From a virus (taxonomy: Duplodnaviria; Caudoviricetes), in IMG/VR virus record IMGVR_UViG_3300044971_003100, positions 1,810 to 65,809 of that record: a stretch of DNA of 64,000 nt; one strand, given 5' to 3'. Positions within the stretch are counted from its first letter, which is position 1, and every line of letters begins with the position of its first letter. This document shows, piece after piece, positions 7,291 to 17,700 of this stretch. The notes beneath the pieces were generated by a model. It searched no databases, was not told the origin of the DNA, and worked only from the letters and a program-made list of their open reading frames with translations. The position numbers and the translations under genes are program-made.

Positions 7291-7728
7291 TCAGATGTTC
7301 ACCCATGAATATCTGTAAATAATTGCATACACGTTTTTGGCGCTGCAATTATAGATGCGTCCAAGCTGATCTGCGGCGGCATTTTTGGAGCCGCAGGCTT
7401 TTACGGTTGCGTCCCAGTTTTGTCTGATCTCCCTAACGTCTTGTTCGTTCAATCGACGCTGAGGCACGCGCTTGGATCTGCCCGCGAGTGCCACTGATGC
7501 GGACTTCTCAATCAGTCCAACCACAGCTTGCTGGCGGCCCGTTGCGACTGGTGTCACGCTGACAGTGTTTGTGATCGCTTTTACTGGCGGGTGGGTTTCC
7601 GCGAATTTATCAGTACCGATCCTGATTTTCGTGACAACATCTCCTTGAGACAACCTTAGTACCAGGCCTGGGCCGGACAGACTGAGATCGCAGCTTGTTA
7701 CGTCGCAGAAATCGAGGATTCGTTCCAT
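7291..7728 (-). CDS. hypothetical protein with C-terminal HTH-like segment
   Basis: RLNEQDVREIR...LGRIYNCSAKNVYAIIYRYSW. Confidence 0.6.
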   Translation of the reverse strand: MERILDFCDVTSCDLSLSGPGLVLRLSQGDVVTKIRIGTDKFAETHPPVKAITNTVSVTPVATGRQQAVVGLIEKSASVALAGRSKRVPQRRLNEQDVREIRQNWDATVKACGSKNAAADQLGRIYNCSAKNVYAIIYRYSWVNI

Positions 7729-7916
7729 GTCTTAATGATGGTAGTGGGATTTGATTGCATAACAACAGGTTGCTTACCTGTGTCTTAACCATAGACCCTG
7801 ATTTGTCATAGTGTCAAGACCTTCGGGATTTGTTCGGAATTGACCCAGGGCGCCTACGAGAAAACCTCCCAATGCGGGAGGTCTTACTGGGGCCCACCAT
7901 GAGGTCAGTCCGAGTT

Positions 7917-8156
7917 TTATTCGATTTGCTCCGCTGCGTCCTTGAGTGCTTCGACGACGGCCGAGCGACCAAATCCGCAACCAATCAGAAACGTAGCGAT
8001 ATTAGCAATAGAGTGATGAATAGTTGTATCAGCAAATCGCGTACAATTTACATTGCGACCAACGCGGTACTTGACAACAAAGCCATCTTTCTTGTGTTCA
8101 AGGTTGTTCGTCATTAGCAAGAGGGATCGCCCTTGCCGCACAGGCACCGGGCGCAA
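7917..8156 (-). CDS. hypothetical phage protein (likely start about 8114)
   Basis: Co-directional small ORF. Confidence 0.45.
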   Translation of the reverse strand: MRPVPVRQGRSLLLMTNNLEHKKDGFVVKYRVGRNVNCTRFADTTIHHSIANIATFLIGCGFGRSAVVEALKDAAEQIE

Positions 8157-8296
8157 AGCTGGGTGAACCGCATCATCTTAGCAGGGTGAACCGTGCTAGG
8201 CAGGTAACTGATCGCTGCCTTCAATACAATCAGCTCATCCCGCTCGTCTTGGGTCAGGTTATCGAGACACCAGGGTGTGGTTGAGGTAAATTGCAT
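8114..8296 (-). CDS. hypothetical phage protein
   Basis: LTQDERDELIVLKAAISYLPSTVHP pattern; in a co-directional run. Confidence 0.55.
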   Translation of the reverse strand: MQFTSTTPWCLDNLTQDERDELIVLKAAISYLPSTVHPAKMMRFTQLCARCLCGKGDPSC

Positions 8297-8408
8297 GGAA
8301 GATTCCGGTCAGGATTACCAAACCCAGAATACCAGACACGATGGCAACCCGAACCTCGTGGTTACGGATCTTAGCCTGGATTGTCTTTATGATTTCTTCA
8401 TCAGTCAT
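8259..8408 (-). CDS. small membrane protein
   Basis: MTDEEIIKTIQAKIRNHEVRVAIVSGILGLVILTGIFHAIYL; ATGA overlap with the upstream gene; not in the ORF track. Confidence 0.6.
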   Translation of the reverse strand: MTDEEIIKTIQAKIRNHEVRVAIVSGILGLVILTGIFHAIYLNHTLVSR

Positions 8409-8605
8409 ACCAGTCCCTCTAACCGATTCCTGATGGTTTCCAACAGTATCTTATCAACATTGCCATAGATCTCCTTGATGGCCACTTCGGCCATGACATA
8501 TGTTGCCAGCGGTGGCTCCAATGGATCATTACTTGATCGGCAAACTTCCCACATCTTTCTTGCTACCTTTTCCCTGAGTTCAGGTATATGCAATGGTTTA
8601 TCCAT
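8405..8605 (-). CDS. hypothetical phage protein
   Basis: 66-aa ORF in an operon-like run. Confidence 0.55.
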   Translation of the reverse strand: MDKPLHIPELREKVARKMWEVCRSSNDPLEPPLATYVMAEVAIKEIYGNVDKILLETIRNRLEGLV

Positions 8606-8607
8606 TA

Positions 8608-8790
8608 TTACGACTTGGCAATAGATATTGATCCGTCTTCATTTTCGGTCCATATCAACTCATCGTCTTCATTCCACCCAAGTTGCCCTATCAGATCATC
8701 CGAAAAGTTAAGAACAGCAAACTCTTCTCCATCCTGCTCTTCCCAGGAGAGCCAGCAATCATGACGACTTAAGCAGCTTCCGCCTGACAT
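8608..8790 (-). CDS. AbrB/MazE-like small protein
   Basis: VLNFSDDLIGQLGWNEDDELIWTENEDGSISI matches the AbrB swapped-hairpin pattern. Confidence 0.65.
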   Translation of the reverse strand: MSGGSCLSRHDCWLSWEEQDGEEFAVLNFSDDLIGQLGWNEDDELIWTENEDGSISIAKS

Positions 8791-9263
8791 TTCAAGTCCT
8801 CAATTGGTTTCAGGTTTGATTGTGGGATGCTGTAACAGGGCCTTCCTGGGGCGTACTCTTTTATGCATTCCCTGGGGATCATGGAACCATGAATCCACCC
8901 ATGGATAAATATACGCCTGTGTTGTATCGTAACTAGCACATAGGTCTTTTCAAGGTCGTCATCCAATTGTACCAATAAATCCCAGTGATGACAGGGCCTG
9001 CACTTTACGTCGATCTTTCCAGGTAAATCAGACGACCCCCTGACAGGATTTGTATCCTGAAATACAAATTCTTCAAGTCCAAGGTAAATTGCTACCGCTA
9101 ACTCTGCCCCAGCTCCTATTTTGTGCTTTTCTAGGGCCTCTGGGCCAGTTGCAGGCCCCTTGTTGCGACCTTTGCGCCCAAGCCTTTGATTAGAGTCTTG
9201 CCGCCTTGCGGCCTCTTCTAGAGCACGCTGGCGTTGCGCTGGTGTAAAGAAAAACTCGACCAT
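8769..9263 (-). CDS. hypothetical protein, possible PD-(D/E)XK-like nuclease fold
   Basis: GAGAELAVA...SDLPGKIDVKCR motif spacing. Confidence 0.55.
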   Translation of the reverse strand: MVEFFFTPAQRQRALEEAARRQDSNQRLGRKGRNKGPATGPEALEKHKIGAGAELAVAIYLGLEEFVFQDTNPVRGSSDLPGKIDVKCRPCHHWDLLVQLDDDLEKTYVLVTIQHRRIFIHGWIHGSMIPRECIKEYAPGRPCYSIPQSNLKPIEDLKCQAEAA

Positions 9264-9300
9264 AAAAAAGGGGGGAGCCCCCCACATTAGCTGTTCAATG

Positions 9301-9669
9301 TCAAGCGAGCCGCGTATAACAGACCTTGGCGGTTCCCTGCGAGGGATTGGCCACCTTCAGGAAGGCGCCGTAGCTCAGATCTAGCCCACGACCATGAACG
9401 TATGGGCCGCGATCATTGACACGAACTGTTACGGATTTACCTGTGTCAGCGTTGAAAACCAAGAGCATGGATCCGAATGGCAGGCGGGGATGAGCCGTGG
9501 TGATGCCGTGTCCATTGAATCGTTCTCCATTAGCGGTTTTTTTACCATGAAAACCATCACCATGGCCATAGTAAGAGGCCGTAGTGCATTGCTTGTTGAT
9601 TGCTTGTGCTGGATTGAATGACGAGAAGACCAGCGAAGCAACGCCAAGCAGACTGATTGTTTTAAGCAA
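9301..9669 (-). CDS. rlpA: RlpA-family lytic transglycosylase (DPBB)
   Basis: Signal peptide plus ASYYG...TANGERF...TAHPRLPFG...VRVNDRGPYVHGRGLDLS. Confidence 0.9.
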   Translation of the reverse strand: MLKTISLLGVASLVFSSFNPAQAINKQCTTASYYGHGDGFHGKKTANGERFNGHGITTAHPRLPFGSMLLVFNADTGKSVTVRVNDRGPYVHGRGLDLSYGAFLKVANPSQGTAKVCYTRLA

Positions 9670-10370
9670 TGATCGAAACAGAACTCTACACTACTGCCAC
9701 CCAGTAGTCAGGTCCAGAGATGATTGGAACCACTCAAAAAAAATGGTTGGTATTGACAGGCTACCGAAGCCCAACGATTTCTGTCTAAGGTGTCAGGTTT
9801 TGCTGACATTAGTCGGTGTCGGTATGGTTTCTGTGGTCACGCAATACGCGAGAAGTAAACTTAATAGACAGATAGCCGGTCAACAGCACGAGCAAGATTG
9901 GGGCAAGCGAATACCAGAAAGATTCTAATGTTGTCACCGGTGTCCACCAAAGTAAAGAATCAGGAAGATAGCTATACCTGCCATTAGGGACATATTCAAT
10001 GCGTAAAGTACAGCGTTCAGTTCTTCCATGAGTCGTCCAACTGAATAATGCTTTCGATTTCCTGGCCAGGCCAGTACTCTCTGGATGTTGCGTGTGCGTG
10101 TGTCATGCCACAGGCATACAGTACTCTAAAGGAGTCGTCCCTGTACAGCACTTTGTACATGTGCAAGGCCCTTGGGTAAGACTTTGTCGGTAACACCATC
10201 AGCAATTCTCTATGTAATATGAATGAGTGCAGACAGTTAGAGGCAGCAGATTAAGTTCCAACAAAAAATAGGGACACAGCATGCTGATCCCTATTCCGTG
10301 TTGTTTGCCAATCGCAAGACTGATTGAGGTATCAACATTTGATCCGCTTGGGTAACGGATCAACAGTAGT

Positions 10371-10664
10371 TCAAGCAGTGTCCACTTTCCGAGCTTTCCC
10401 AGGTTCTTCGCAATTGTTCTTGTTCTTGCGTACCTTTCTGTTTTCACGAATCTTATCCCGGATTGCACCCCAGTTTAAGAGATGACCAAAGTCACGTGGT
10501 TCTGTTACCATAACATTTCGCTTAGCGCAGATGCCACAATTTCCCTCATGATAGGTAGCGCAATTGTCGGACGGACCAGTATAAGAACCAGAAGCGTACC
10601 ATCTGCCATATTGGTGGCCACAATCATTGCAGATGTAGTCTGGGTACGGGATTTGCCTAGGCAT
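10371..10664 (-). CDS. Zn-finger hypothetical protein
   Basis: CNDC...CGIC...TEPRDFGHL. Confidence 0.65.
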   Translation of the reverse strand: MPRQIPYPDYICNDCGHQYGRWYASGSYTGPSDNCATYHEGNCGICAKRNVMVTEPRDFGHLLNWGAIRDKIRENRKVRKNKNNCEEPGKARKVDTA

Positions 10665-11265
10665 TGCGAGAGGCCAGCCTTTTGTTTTTCTCGTAAGTCA
10701 CGGTACCGCCAACCATCTTTTTCTTCATGATCTCCCAGTCTTGATTAACATCAGACGACTCGATCAACAGCTCGTCAGGATCCGACTTCAGGACAATGTT
10801 CCTGGCATGGCGCTGCCCAACGGGGGTCTTCTTTTCTCCTTTGCCAAAGAAGAAAGAACCACCGCCACTGGGATCCCTGAATATCCTGACCTTTTCGGGG
10901 ATCACGCCATGCGTACCAAGGCAGTCAAGCAGACCATTCAGCCTTTCCACCGTTGTCTTCGTGGGGCAGCCATCCGCAGTAAAGGTGGTACCAAGGGAGA
11001 TTTGTGTATGAATAACCTCTTCGTCGGGCAAGGAGATGGACAGTGCAAGGATTGTCTCACCATGCAGTCGAACGAACAGGCTTTTGCTGCGCTTGTCTTC
11101 CTGTACGACATCAATGGTCGTATTGTGAATCGAAGTACGGTGCGCCTCCGACTTACCAAGCAGAAAGTCCTCAACCTCTCGGACGGCGAACTGGGTCAGA
11201 GGACGGTTTGAACGCCTGACGGGTGCGCCACAAATTTCATCGGATGAAAGCGTGTCAATGGTCAT
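10657..11265 (-). CDS. hypothetical phage protein
   Basis: 202-aa ORF, VRLHG...TTVERLNGLL. Confidence 0.7.
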   Translation of the reverse strand: MTIDTLSSDEICGAPVRRSNRPLTQFAVREVEDFLLGKSEAHRTSIHNTTIDVVQEDKRSKSLFVRLHGETILALSISLPDEEVIHTQISLGTTFTADGCPTKTTVERLNGLLDCLGTHGVIPEKVRIFRDPSGGGSFFFGKGEKKTPVGQRHARNIVLKSDPDELLIESSDVNQDWEIMKKKMVGGTVTYEKNKRLASRNA

Positions 11266-11334
11266 GGGGTCTTCCCTCTAGAACAGGCTCAACATTAGCA
11301 CGACTGGTCCCCTGTACGAAAATTGTTACAAATC

Positions 11335-11580
11335 TCAACAAGCACCAACAAGTGAACCTGGGTCGTTCACCATGGTCCACGCCACCTCACCGAAGTAGTC
11401 GTCATCGTCCAACCATTTCCGCGACTCCTCCAGCAGGAACTCAAGCTCGTCGAGGCAGCCAGCATTTTCTGCCAATCTGATCAGTTTTTGATCGGGATTA
11501 TCGTAAATGTTGGAGATAATTTGAGCAGCACGCTTTAGTCGGTTATAGCGATCGGCAACAGCGGCTTTCATGTTCGCCAA
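11335..11580 (-). CDS. hypothetical phage protein
   Basis: 81-aa ORF. Confidence 0.55.
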   Translation of the reverse strand: MANMKAAVADRYNRLKRAAQIISNIYDNPDQKLIRLAENAGCLDELEFLLEESRKWLDDDDYFGEVAWTMVNDPGSLVGAC

Positions 11581-11685
11581 ACCTGGCAGGTAACTGACAC
11601 AGTATAGCTATTCACTTAGCATCCTTTTCTCTTTTTATCTTTTCTACTGTTTCCTGGTAGCCGGGCGCCTCCAGGTTCGCCTTCC

Positions 11686-12069
11686 TTAGAATACTTGTCC
11701 AGTTCTGACCTCTGAGAGGTCTGCTGGTAGTGATGGATACTCTTTGTTCGTTGGCTTTCTCGTTATCCACCAATCCTTTTCCACTGGCGTCAACTTTCTG
11801 TTGTAAATTGTCAAGACCTGGGTCCATTGGTGTCCAGTCTGATCTGTTGCTATGACAGCATAGCTCGGACACCTGGACGCGGCTACATCTGGAACAAAGC
11901 GTCGACCTACTCGGTTCCAGCTCGGCTCCTTGCCCTTCCAGCTCAGGCGACAGCAGGGCCAGGGCAACTCTTCTCTGTCATACAAGCGACAGACCGGCCC
12001 TTGGATGCAGTACAGGAAGCTGCCACCAGGGGATCTGATGAATTTGCCGTTATTTAACGGATGATTCAC
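11686..12069 (-). CDS. hypothetical phage protein
   Basis: 127-aa ORF; 4-nt overlap with 12066..12314. Confidence 0.6.
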   Translation of the reverse strand: MNHPLNNGKFIRSPGGSFLYCIQGPVCRLYDREELPWPCCRLSWKGKEPSWNRVGRRFVPDVAASRCPSYAVIATDQTGHQWTQVLTIYNRKLTPVEKDWWITRKPTNKEYPSLPADLSEVRTGQVF

Positions 12070-12314
12070 GTAGTCTTGAATCCGCTCAAGGAAATCAGTC
12101 TACCATTGATGTCTGCCGTGCAATCTTTGATTGCGTACTCGAATTCCTTAAGGACTGCGATCAGCTCTTCTGGTGAATCGAACTGCATCTCCGCAAACAC
12201 AGGCTGGCTGCCATCTTCTCCTTGTTGCACGTAGGAATGGGCGTGCTCTTGCAGGAACTCGATACGAGCGATGACCATGGGCCTGGTTTTCTGCCTTATA
12301 TTCCAGTATAACAT
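12066..12314 (-). CDS. hypothetical phage protein
   Basis: 82-aa ORF downstream of the portal gene. Confidence 0.55.
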   Translation of the reverse strand: MLYWNIRQKTRPMVIARIEFLQEHAHSYVQQGEDGSQPVFAEMQFDSPEELIAVLKEFEYAIKDCTADINGRLISLSGFKTT

Positions 12315-12343
12315 TGAACTAAACAGACTCTTTAGTGGTTTAC

Positions 12344-13837
12344 CTAAGGATTTCGTGCCGGCGGTTCGGCTACCTGGGTTCGGTTATTGGCGGTTCTGAT
12401 TGGCGGCAAACTATCGCTACCGCCGCTTGATGCGGCCTCCTCTTTCGAGATTCTGTTCATTTCCTCTTTGATCTTCATGTCTGGATCTAAAATTCCACCA
12501 CGCTGCAGCTCCGCAAGTACTGTCTGACCGCTAAGCAGTTTCGAGTTATACAGATTAACAAGTTGAGCGATGCCACTTGGATCAATGGGTCGATTTATCA
12601 AGCTATCGTTAAGTGCTATGCCAGATTCCGCCGTCAGTTTTGCTAGCTCCCCAGCATAGACAGCCCACAGTCGCATAACAGTGTTAAAGGAACTGGTCTT
12701 ATTGCGCACCAGAGATGCAACCTGTGACGCTATCTGAGAAGCCCTTAGTGATGCTTCTGTTGCCGTCTTGATATTTGCTCCATACAGGAAATTGAGACCA
12801 GACCTGTCCATCAGGGCTTCCAGGTGCGTTACTTCCGCTTGATGGCGCTCAAGGCTGCGGCCAGTCGGCTCAGCAAAAGCGAATTCGCCGCCATCCGCTG
12901 GCAGGTCAACCGCAGTATTTGGCCCCAGGATCAGTGGTGCAGTGCGTCCGTCCGGGCCAACGGGGGCACCTTTTCTGACCGGCACCGGCATGGCGCATTT
13001 ATGCAGCAATTCCGTTAGGTCGGATCGCATTTGGTAGTGCTGAATGCTCAGTTCAGCAAGACCATTCATTGGTAAATCACCTTGAGCAAATCTGCTAGTT
13101 GATGCGCCATACCATATCAACGGAACAACAGGTAGTGTCGTTGGCACGGAGCTGACCAGTGTCTGTCTCCATTTGCCATCTTTCTTTTCCATCCTATATT
13201 CTTCTACAAGATTTGGCTTCAGTACATAGTAAACAGGCTCCAGCCTGACGCCAAACCCATCATCCATTGGCATCGACTTGATCTGGCGAATTGTTGCATG
13301 CTGGATAAATTCGCGTCCGCCATTATAAGCAACAGACCAATTTATGACATCTTTTCTTTCTATCAAAATCACATAAGGCCTGCGGCCATCACGCTGTTGA
13401 TCCAAGAAATTCGATGTTTGGTCCTGCTCCGGCATCATATCAACCATCACGAAGACACCACCGTCCCGGATGGCTAATTCGTCACAGCGATTCCAAAAAC
13501 TCTGGATACTGGATCCTTGCAGGTCGATATTGCTTTCCGAATTGCTAAGACTGGGGGGCGCATCAACAAGTTGAAAGCGATTCAGCAGGCCCGCATATGC
13601 TCGGATCGAATCTCTGAAAATAGGCGTATAAGTAGACCTGTGCAGTCTGGCCTCGTAGGCTTTCTTGGGCTCAGCCGGTTCCTGTACCAGATATTTAGGC
13701 TTAGCCGACCCCCTGCCGTTTGTATCCAACAAATTCCAACAATCTAGTGCCAGTTCCAGACCAGGCAGCAGATCAACCAGCTCTGGCCGGTGGTAGCTGA
13801 CCAGTCCTGGATTGTCAGTTGGATGTACGACCTTCAT
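12344..13837 (-). CDS. portal protein (DUF4055-type)
   Basis: 497 aa; YLVQEPAEPKKAYEARL, NIDLQG, RRPYVILI..DVINW, LAELSIQHYQMRSDL, KTATEA, LAELQRGGIL. Confidence 0.85.
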   Translation of the reverse strand: MKVVHPTDNPGLVSYHRPELVDLLPGLELALDCWNLLDTNGRGSAKPKYLVQEPAEPKKAYEARLHRSTYTPIFRDSIRAYAGLLNRFQLVDAPPSLSNSESNIDLQGSSIQSFWNRCDELAIRDGGVFVMVDMMPEQDQTSNFLDQQRDGRRPYVILIERKDVINWSVAYNGGREFIQHATIRQIKSMPMDDGFGVRLEPVYYVLKPNLVEEYRMEKKDGKWRQTLVSSVPTTLPVVPLIWYGASTSRFAQGDLPMNGLAELSIQHYQMRSDLTELLHKCAMPVPVRKGAPVGPDGRTAPLILGPNTAVDLPADGGEFAFAEPTGRSLERHQAEVTHLEALMDRSGLNFLYGANIKTATEASLRASQIASQVASLVRNKTSSFNTVMRLWAVYAGELAKLTAESGIALNDSLINRPIDPSGIAQLVNLYNSKLLSGQTVLAELQRGGILDPDMKIKEEMNRISKEEAASSGGSDSLPPIRTANNRTQVAEPPARNP

Positions 13838-13908
13838 GGGGCATCGCGCCTAAAGTTCTGCCGGCGTCTCGCCTTTGGCTCCCCTAGGGTTCCAGGAATA
13901 CTATGAAT

Positions 13909-14423
13909 TCAGGAAATAAATCCAAAAGCATTCACCTTAGAGGCGGTTACTTTGTTGTCGTTGTGATAATGCCCCTTTTGTGAGTACGGAATCCGGCAGG
14001 GCTGATCCGTTTTCATAAATCTGAGCTGTCCAATCAACATGTCTTTTACCAAATACAGGGTCGTATATCGATTCACGTTAACCAACTCCAGCGTCACTTT
14101 TCCAGAAAACCCTGGATCGATGTAACCAGCAAGAACATGCTCGTAACCTTCACGAGCCCTGGAGGATTTCAGTTGAAATACCGCCTCCATATCAGATGGA
14201 ATATTTACCCACTCTTCAGTGCAACCAAGAATAAATTCACCCGGCGCCAGTGAATATGGTAAAGACTCCTCAATCCAACCACCTTCTGGTTGCTCTACTA
14301 GAATCGTCTCGCCGAGCCTTACATCATAAGAGGCAGGGTTCAACTGGCTGGCGTGAAAGGGTTCGATTAACACTTCCCTCGAAAGGCACATGGACAGTAT
14401 TTGAGAATCAACGATTGTGGACA
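13909..14423 (-). CDS. dcd: dCTP deaminase
   Basis: QLNPASYDVRLG, KSSRAREG, AGYIDPGFSGKVTLEL, IGQLRF. Confidence 0.93.
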
Positions 14424-14689
14424 TTGTTGTACTGCTCTGGTGTAAGATAGAACCCGCTGCCAGTTTCTTTCTTTCTGGCGCGAGCAAGTGCATCCCAAGC
14501 GCTTTGTATAGTGTCCAAGCGGTTTGAGTTCTCCTTGAACTTAATCCAGGTGATGTTGTAATAGCTTTTGAACAGATCCTGGAATATGCTCAGCTTTTCT
14601 TGAACCTCTGGGCCATAGTGACTATGATCCAGAGGTTCTTCAGAAGAAGAGATCATCTGATGGGGCCGGATAGCCCAGTATAGCATCAC
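14408..14689 (-). CDS. hypothetical phage protein
   Basis: 93-aa ORF between nrdJ and dcd. Confidence 0.55.
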   Translation of the reverse strand: MMLYWAIRPHQMISSSEEPLDHSHYGPEVQEKLSIFQDLFKSYYNITWIKFKENSNRLDTIQSAWDALARARKKETGSGFYLTPEQYNNVHNR

Positions 14690-14701
14690 CGGCCCCTTGG
14701 A

Positions 14702-17700
14702 TCACTTGAGCAATCCAGCTTGATCAGAGTCTTTCTCTGATTCTGTTAAACACTTAGCTGAATCACAGCCAGCAGCACCTTTCAGTTCATAGTCCGCATT
14801 GTCGTATTTCTTCAATAGGTCAAGAAATGTAACATCTTCCGGCAGCATTGAGCGAACGATTTTCACCGTAGCCATGCGACGTTCGTACATCTGCTTGTCG
14901 ATTGGTTCAAACGGCAATCGTGGGAATGTTTCGTTTGCATCGAACCTGGCAAGCAGAGCAGCCGAAATGTATCCACCATCCGACTGGATTGACTGGTGGA
15001 CTAAATTAGCCAGTTGGTCTATTTCGTCTTGACGAAACTCCAGGGTTGCGGATGTGTTGTGCTGGGTGTATTCTTTTTGAACCTGCATATAGAGTCCCCA
15101 CTGAGCGCTAACTGGTAACTTGCTAAGGTCGAACTCATCGCAACCAGGTAAATTAGCCCACGATACTTCTGTGGGGATTTCAACCAACACTTCGCGAACC
15201 CTGGGATCGCTGATGTCATCAAGCAGGTTACCGTCTTCGTCCCTGGCGCTTTGTGCTGGAATTACGTTGTAGCCGTAATCACGCAATGCACTGACCAGTG
15301 GATCATTTACGCCAAAGGTAATCCGGCGGATGAAGCGCTGTGCCTTCGGCGGATGCCAGCCGCTGCTAGCGCCGGTCAACAGGCTCTTGGAGCCAGCAGG
15401 TTGCACTGTGGTGAACCTGTTTGGGACACGAATACCGTGCTGCTCGCAGTAGTCCCTGACACCCTGCTCGGCAGCAATCCTCCAGCCCCTGAGGAATTTC
15501 TTTTCCCTGGCATCGTACTTCTTGCACTCAGCACCACCAGGGCGACCTTTCATCATCCACTTCAGCCAAGGGGCACCAAAAGCATGCACAAAAAAGTCAA
15601 ACAGGCCAGTAAAACTGACGCCAACAATCGGATCGTTTTCACGGCTATAAGAAAGGCGCTCGGGGACAAATTTGTGTTGTAGCAGGGCCGCAACTTGCAG
15701 ACCACCGGCATAGAATGCCTGACGTTGCAGCTCTGAATCACTTGGATCGATAGTATTCAGATGGACCTCACTGAGGTTACATACGTTGTCACGCATAAGG
15801 ATTTCACCGCACTGTGCCACTAACAAAAGTGCCCCAAGGGTAAAGGCATGACTTCCGGGTACGGTGCAGCAGTACACTTCTGGCGCTGTGTACGCAAATT
15901 CAATGGAAGAGACAACATTGGATTTACTCTTTACAGAGTGGGAGGTCTCTCTGCCTGCAAAAGATTTAAGGCGTTCAAATCTTACCCGTCTAGCCAGAAT
16001 AATAGAGTTATATTGAGAAATAGCAAGCCGGTAGGTGTCTTTAACTTGACATACTCCCCCTTTGTCTGGACCAAAATCTTTGATGCCACCTTCGCGAACC
16101 GGACCGATTTTTGAATTGATGCCCATGGTGCGCAGTAAGGCCACTAGTCCACGCAAGAATGGCAAACTTACGCTGGTAAGTTGATAAGAAAAACCCTTTT
16201 TGCTATCCATCGCAGTGCCATCTGCATCGAATAATCCGGCTATAAACTCACCTTTCGCCTCGTCTGTCCAATTAAGCACCTCGTCGGGAAATGTGTGCTT
16301 ATATTTGTAACACCATTGATTCATGTCTTCGCAAGTAGAAGACAGTCCACGGATGTAACCAGCCCCGGTCAGCACTTCTAGATCATCAAATGCTCCAAGC
16401 TCAATGAGAGATGCACGTAATCGATCCGCGCAAACTTTTTTTGGTGCGTACACCTTACAGAAAGCGCCTTTCCCTTTATTTGACGTACCATCTCCGATCA
16501 GGAAGCCCTTCAGGTATGCGCCCTTTGCGTTTACTGAACCCTTGACCGGTTCAATCGTAGCAGCCAGTAGCTCATTGCCGGGCTTCAGGTCCTTCAGTTC
16601 TCTTCTGGTTCCATCTTTCAGGATAAACTTGTGGTATTCAGTAGCTGTAATAACTGTCCCATCATGCAATATTACATTGTAAACATCTTGATCATTAGCA
16701 GTAACCCGGAAATTGTCAATGACGCGCCACTCGTTCCCATCATGAATTTCAACAGTCTCGCCAACCAGTGATTCGATCGGGAAATAACCTTCCCTGGTCA
16801 TCACAATAGTGCCCGGAGCAAAGCACGGATTAAGCCCGTACCTATCCATCCGATGCTGAATGATGCGTTCATCGGTTGGTTCACCAGCTTTTTCCGCTAG
16901 TTCGGTCAGCATCTGACGTGCATCATCCTGACTGCGCACGTACAAAGCAAGGAACCGCTTCTTTAGTTGTTCTGTATTCAACAGGTCGGCATTTGCCCTG
17001 GCGATCGACTCTGGCACATACATGATGGCACCTTCGCCGGACCAAAACTGCTTTTCGATACTGGCCCTGATCGTTTTATGGTCAGGTTTCGCATGGAAGC
17101 ACAGGGTGTGATTGGCCATCCTGAGTGCTTCTTTTTCGGGATCTACGCTCCAGTTGCCGTTTTCATCCTGCTTATACAGGCCATCTTTGGCCGAAGCGGC
17201 CTCATTGTCGCAGGACGAAAATTGGCGCATGCCGGCGCTGCGGCGGATGTTGCCGGCCACTACTGCACTGGCTGCTTCATCAATCAGCAAGCAGCACTCA
17301 ATCGATGTCAGCTTGCGCCCCTTGGCCTTGCAGAGCACTTTTGCCGCCCGCTCAAACGTCTCCCGCAGCCGAACAGGGTTAGCAGTGCCACCAAAGCCCT
17401 TGAGGGGTTCACCCGCCTGGCGGACGTGACTCAGATCCAGCACTATTTCGGCATCGCAGTGGACTGTGTCCTCTTCCTCGTCTTGAGCCGGGTACCCCAT
17501 AGCTAGGGTAATTAAACCCTGGTAGGCACTAGCCCAGCCCTGACGGGAATCGCCAACCTTGATTGTGATGATTGGCTTTTCATCAACAATCCCAGTAAAC
17601 CTGATGGTTGTATCTGCATCGCCACCCTTGATTCCTTCGTTGTTCCTGATATTGCTAATAGAAACTTTTCTTTGAATTGGCGGCATGTTGTTTACAACGT

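Noticed and set aside
9670-10016. Long intergenic gap with several TGACA/TGTCA-like words
   Set aside because: No regular spacing or convincing structure by eye; it could be a promoter region but this cannot be supported.
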